Shown: positions 8,564-11,016 of the stretch, in pieces
Position numbering within the stretch: position 1 is the stretch's first letter
Layout: every line of letters starts with the position of its first letter
Source of the DNA: Amoeboradix gromovi X-113
Taxonomy: Eukaryota > Fungi > Sanchytriomycota
Length of the DNA stretch: 11,016 nucleotides
Direction: 5' to 3'
Assembly (NCBI GenBank): GCA_018985225.1
Contig: JADGIF010000320.1
Coordinates: 1-11,016 of the forward strand
Translations under genes and position numbers: made by a program
The notes under the pieces: model-generated
Databases searched by the model: none
Told to the model about the DNA's origin: nothing
What the model saw: the letters and a program-made list of their open reading frames with translations, nothing else

Positions 8564-8697
8564 GTTTGAAATGGGACAGAGTTTACGAAAATGGCCCCAA
8601 GTATAAGTCGGGAATACTCCTTGCAAGATTTTCCAACAGTAGTAGCCTACTCAGCCTTATTTCTGTTAACCTGTTCTATAATAATTCGTCAAACAAG

Positions 8698-8720
8698 TAA
8701 ACACAGCATTTCTGTGTTTA
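8698..8720. repeat. Perfect 9-bp inverted repeat (hairpin)
   Basis: TAAACACAG-CATTT-CTGTGTTTA. Confidence 0.6.
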
Positions 8721-8954
8721 TACCAGCGCTCTTGTCCCATCAGAGGTCGTTGTTAATGTGCTGACACTACTGAGATCGTGCATCGTATTTCTGTCAGGTA
8801 TTGCTAGATTTCTACTGATACGATTCTTGGAGCATATGCCAGTAGATGGCACCATCTCTTCTTTTCACTGAAGCACAAATTAGTGGCACTCGTGCTTACT
8901 GATTGTAATTAATCCACAAGGATCATGCCAAGCTCTGCGTTATATTGAGATCTA

Positions 8955-8984
8955 ATAAGCATAGATTATATCTTCTATGCTTAT
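8955..8984. repeat. Perfect 11-bp inverted repeat (hairpin)
   Basis: ATAAGCATAGA-TTATATCT-TCTATGCTTAT. Confidence 0.7.
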
Positions 8985-9005
8985 GTACAGGCATGTAAGT
9001 TAGGA

Positions 9006-9555
9006 TTAATCCAGATTAATCTGACTAATAGGACATTTTGACTCAAGGAGGACATTTAACAGCTCGATTATTTTCTTGAATAAATCATTTATCGCGAATT
9101 TGTATGCATTTTTATATAACTTCATGACTTTCCCAGCTTTTTCCAATACTTTATTCACTCTATATTCTCCATTCTGACTAAAGGTAAATGTAATTAATGG
9201 ATGTAACCCTGAATATGTCAAATCTAAAGAAACAACAGGTACAGCATACATTCATCAACACTGAGGAACTGGTCCAAACGTGGAACAATTAGATGTCTTC
9301 CAATGCCTAAAATGAGATGAACAATAAATAAACTTGTAAACCATTTATTTAATAATCCTTGTGATTGGTCTTACCGAATATGCAACAGTAGAAACCATAT
9401 GGCAGCAAGGAATATATACACCAAGTATCTGCATCCTTATTCAATGCCACCTCAGTGTAGTGAAAGCATGAGCAATCACTGTAACGGAGCATCTAGCATT
9501 GCTAGTTTCTCTGGAAATTCTCGATTTTCTCGGAAATCAGGACTTTAACGAGGAG
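9006..9555 (-). mobile_element. Degraded SWIM-containing, probably MULE transposase, C-terminal relic
   Basis: Minus strand reads PDFRENREFPEKLAMLD / YSDCSCFHYTE (CSC at 9466-9474) / GVYIPCCHMVS (9396-9410) / SSHFRHWKTS, then two TGA codons in frame with ORF 9006..9251. Multiple frameshifts and stops. Confidence 0.45.
9396..9555. repeat. Dispersed direct repeat, copy B (partner at 26-187)
   Basis: About 90% identical to 26-187 by manual alignment. Confidence 0.95.
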
Positions 9556-9808
9556 ATGGGACATAAAAACTAGACTAACTTTCTGATACAGTTTGATTCA
9601 TTATTTCAAGTGTGTGTTAACTGATAGTAAATTAAATTAATCTGTCCAAGTAAATTATTTTAGTGTAAAAGCTTTTCATCTATCAAAATCTTCGAAACAA
9701 TGACTAATAAGAAGAGAAAACAAAAATTAAGTTATACGAAAGCTGGTAAGAAGAAAATGGAACAGATAAAGAGTATCGTCTAAGAGAATGCACCTTTTGC
9801 TTAGACAC

Positions 9809-10910
9809 TCAGAGACCTTGTATATTTGAAAGAGATAGCGGGCCATCTTGTCTTATTTTAAAGTGGGGAATGACATTAGCGAAAGAAAAGTGGTTTGAAA
9901 GAAAGACTTTTATTAATAATAGTATTTCCTCCTTGTGGAGCACCTCCTTTAAAAACGACGTTCTAGTTTTTATATTTGGTGTCCCAGATGAATTTATTTT
10001 ATACTCTACCAAACTTTCAAGCTTCTTTGTGCAATTCAATCTAATCTTCTGGCCCTGCCAACTTTGACTTTTTGGCTGAATCTAGGACAGTTTTGTTGAA
10101 TGTAATTATGCCCAGTCCAACTCTGTATAATTGTGGGATTATTTGAAGAAAATGCAAAAGTCTAATGTGTCTAGTTCCATCCTACAACGTTCAGGCTGCA
10201 TGAATTTTTTACTCTGGAGAAGGTTCGCTTGCAATTGAAAGAAGTGGGTCTGATAGTCATTAAAATCTGATGAATTCTTAACAGTTTGATTTCTTTACAT
10301 CTATTCTGGAAACAATCAATAGTCTCATTGGGCTATATAACTGATTCCCAATAACACCGTGCTCTGTAGCCAGTTCTTCCTTCAGAATACTTATGACACG
10401 TGTATATGATATGGTTGTACCAAAATGCCTACATGGTTTTATATACAGAGATACCATCGTATCAATACATGACTCGATTGAATATGGTTTAGTAGGAATC
10501 TCTGTTGCAAACGCAGCAGTTGTTTCTAAAAGAACTGAAATTTTAGTAAACTCGCCTTCTAATGCCTCATTGCATCTATCTTCAATAAACGCAACTGATT
10601 TTTGATTATGATGTGCTTGATTTCTTCTACAGGACAAGTCGCTTTGTTCATTATTTGAAAAACACCACTTGATGTACCCAAATCAATACTTTCCATTATT
10701 ACAGTCGTTTTGATTTTGAAAGGCGATAAACGCAATTAAACATTTATTTATTGATGGACTATTATATGCATCTTTTTTGAGTAAACTGTACATTGCCACA
10801 ATGTATTTGTACAATCTGCTACAACTAAAATTCTGAAAATATAGATTTTTGCCTTTGACTGACTTGAATACTACAAAAAGCAGCTTGAGATAAGCATTTC
10901 CCTCGGCCAA
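9809..10910 (-). pseudogene. Degraded minus-strand coding relic of uncertain identity, possibly a second SWIM/transposase-derived sequence
   Basis: ORFs 10683..10910 and 10278..10637 are one frame broken by a single TGA (10683-10685; KY*FGYIKW). It contains SC-x10-PCRH (PCRH at 10425-10436). A +1 frame continues ~49 codons to 10139, and ORF 9809..10039 follows. Confidence 0.35.
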
Positions 10911-11016
10911 ATTAATGCACCTGGATTAATATAATCCCGCTGACCTTAGACAGGGATAGTGATTAGGGACTAATCAAAACTAACATATGAGACATCAAAT
11001 ATAAAAACTGGACTAA

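Noticed and set aside
8564-8626. N-terminal extension of the SWIB gene from TTG at 8626
   Set aside because: This is a eukaryotic gene, and the first ATG at 8563 coincides with the start of the DEK-C domain.
1837-8700. Antisense or overlapping ORFs (1837..2103, 2100..2312, 3410..3700, 5634..5987, 6964..7164, 7082..7276, 7824..8066, 8233..8415, 8518..8700)
   Set aside because: These are shadow or alternative frames of well-supported genes, with no independent motifs.
26-9555. Composite transposon, LTR element or Starship-like unit carrying the five genes as cargo
   Set aside because: The repeats look like internal coding fragments. There are no TG..CA ends, TSD, PBS/PPT, integrase or tyrosine recombinase, and the enclosed genes are ordinary housekeeping genes.
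9927-9950. GAPQGG in a minus-strand frame, resembling the reverse transcriptase GxPQG motif
   Set aside because: It is not followed by the SP motif or a YADD box, and the frame is short.
10683-10685. TGA recoded as Trp (alternative genetic code)
   Set aside because: GPAT terminates at TGA, the intact genes use TGG for Trp with no in-frame stops, and the surrounding region also has frameshifts, which indicates decay.

Overview
AT-rich, gene-dense eukaryotic DNA in the standard genetic code, most likely from an early-diverging, fast-evolving fungus or fungal relative (fungal-type Sct1/Gpt2 GPAT, SreA/Fep1-type GATA factor). Five protein genes are supported: a choline transporter-like CTL/SLC44 protein (506-2484 +), Rad52 (3264-4151 +), a very compact SreA/Fep1/Urbs1-type iron-responsive GATA repressor (4176-4935 -), a glycerol-3-phosphate O-acyltransferase (5645-7669 -) and a DEK-C + SWIB protein (7787-8563 -). 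The main observation is that the two apparently frameshifted genes are each repaired exactly by an ultra-short GT-AG intron of 20 nt (2033-2052) and 19 nt (4550-4568). Both share the context AG|GTA...ATTTATYTAG|AT, which suggests a miniature-intron splicing system. AATAAA is fused to or next to the stop codons. The gene block is flanked by two ~160-bp direct copies (~90% identical by manual alignment) that together reconstruct a SWIM zinc finger, probably decayed Mutator-like transposase sequence. Positions 9.0-10.9 kb look like degraded minus-strand coding sequence. All calls come from motif recognition by eye; no searches were run.
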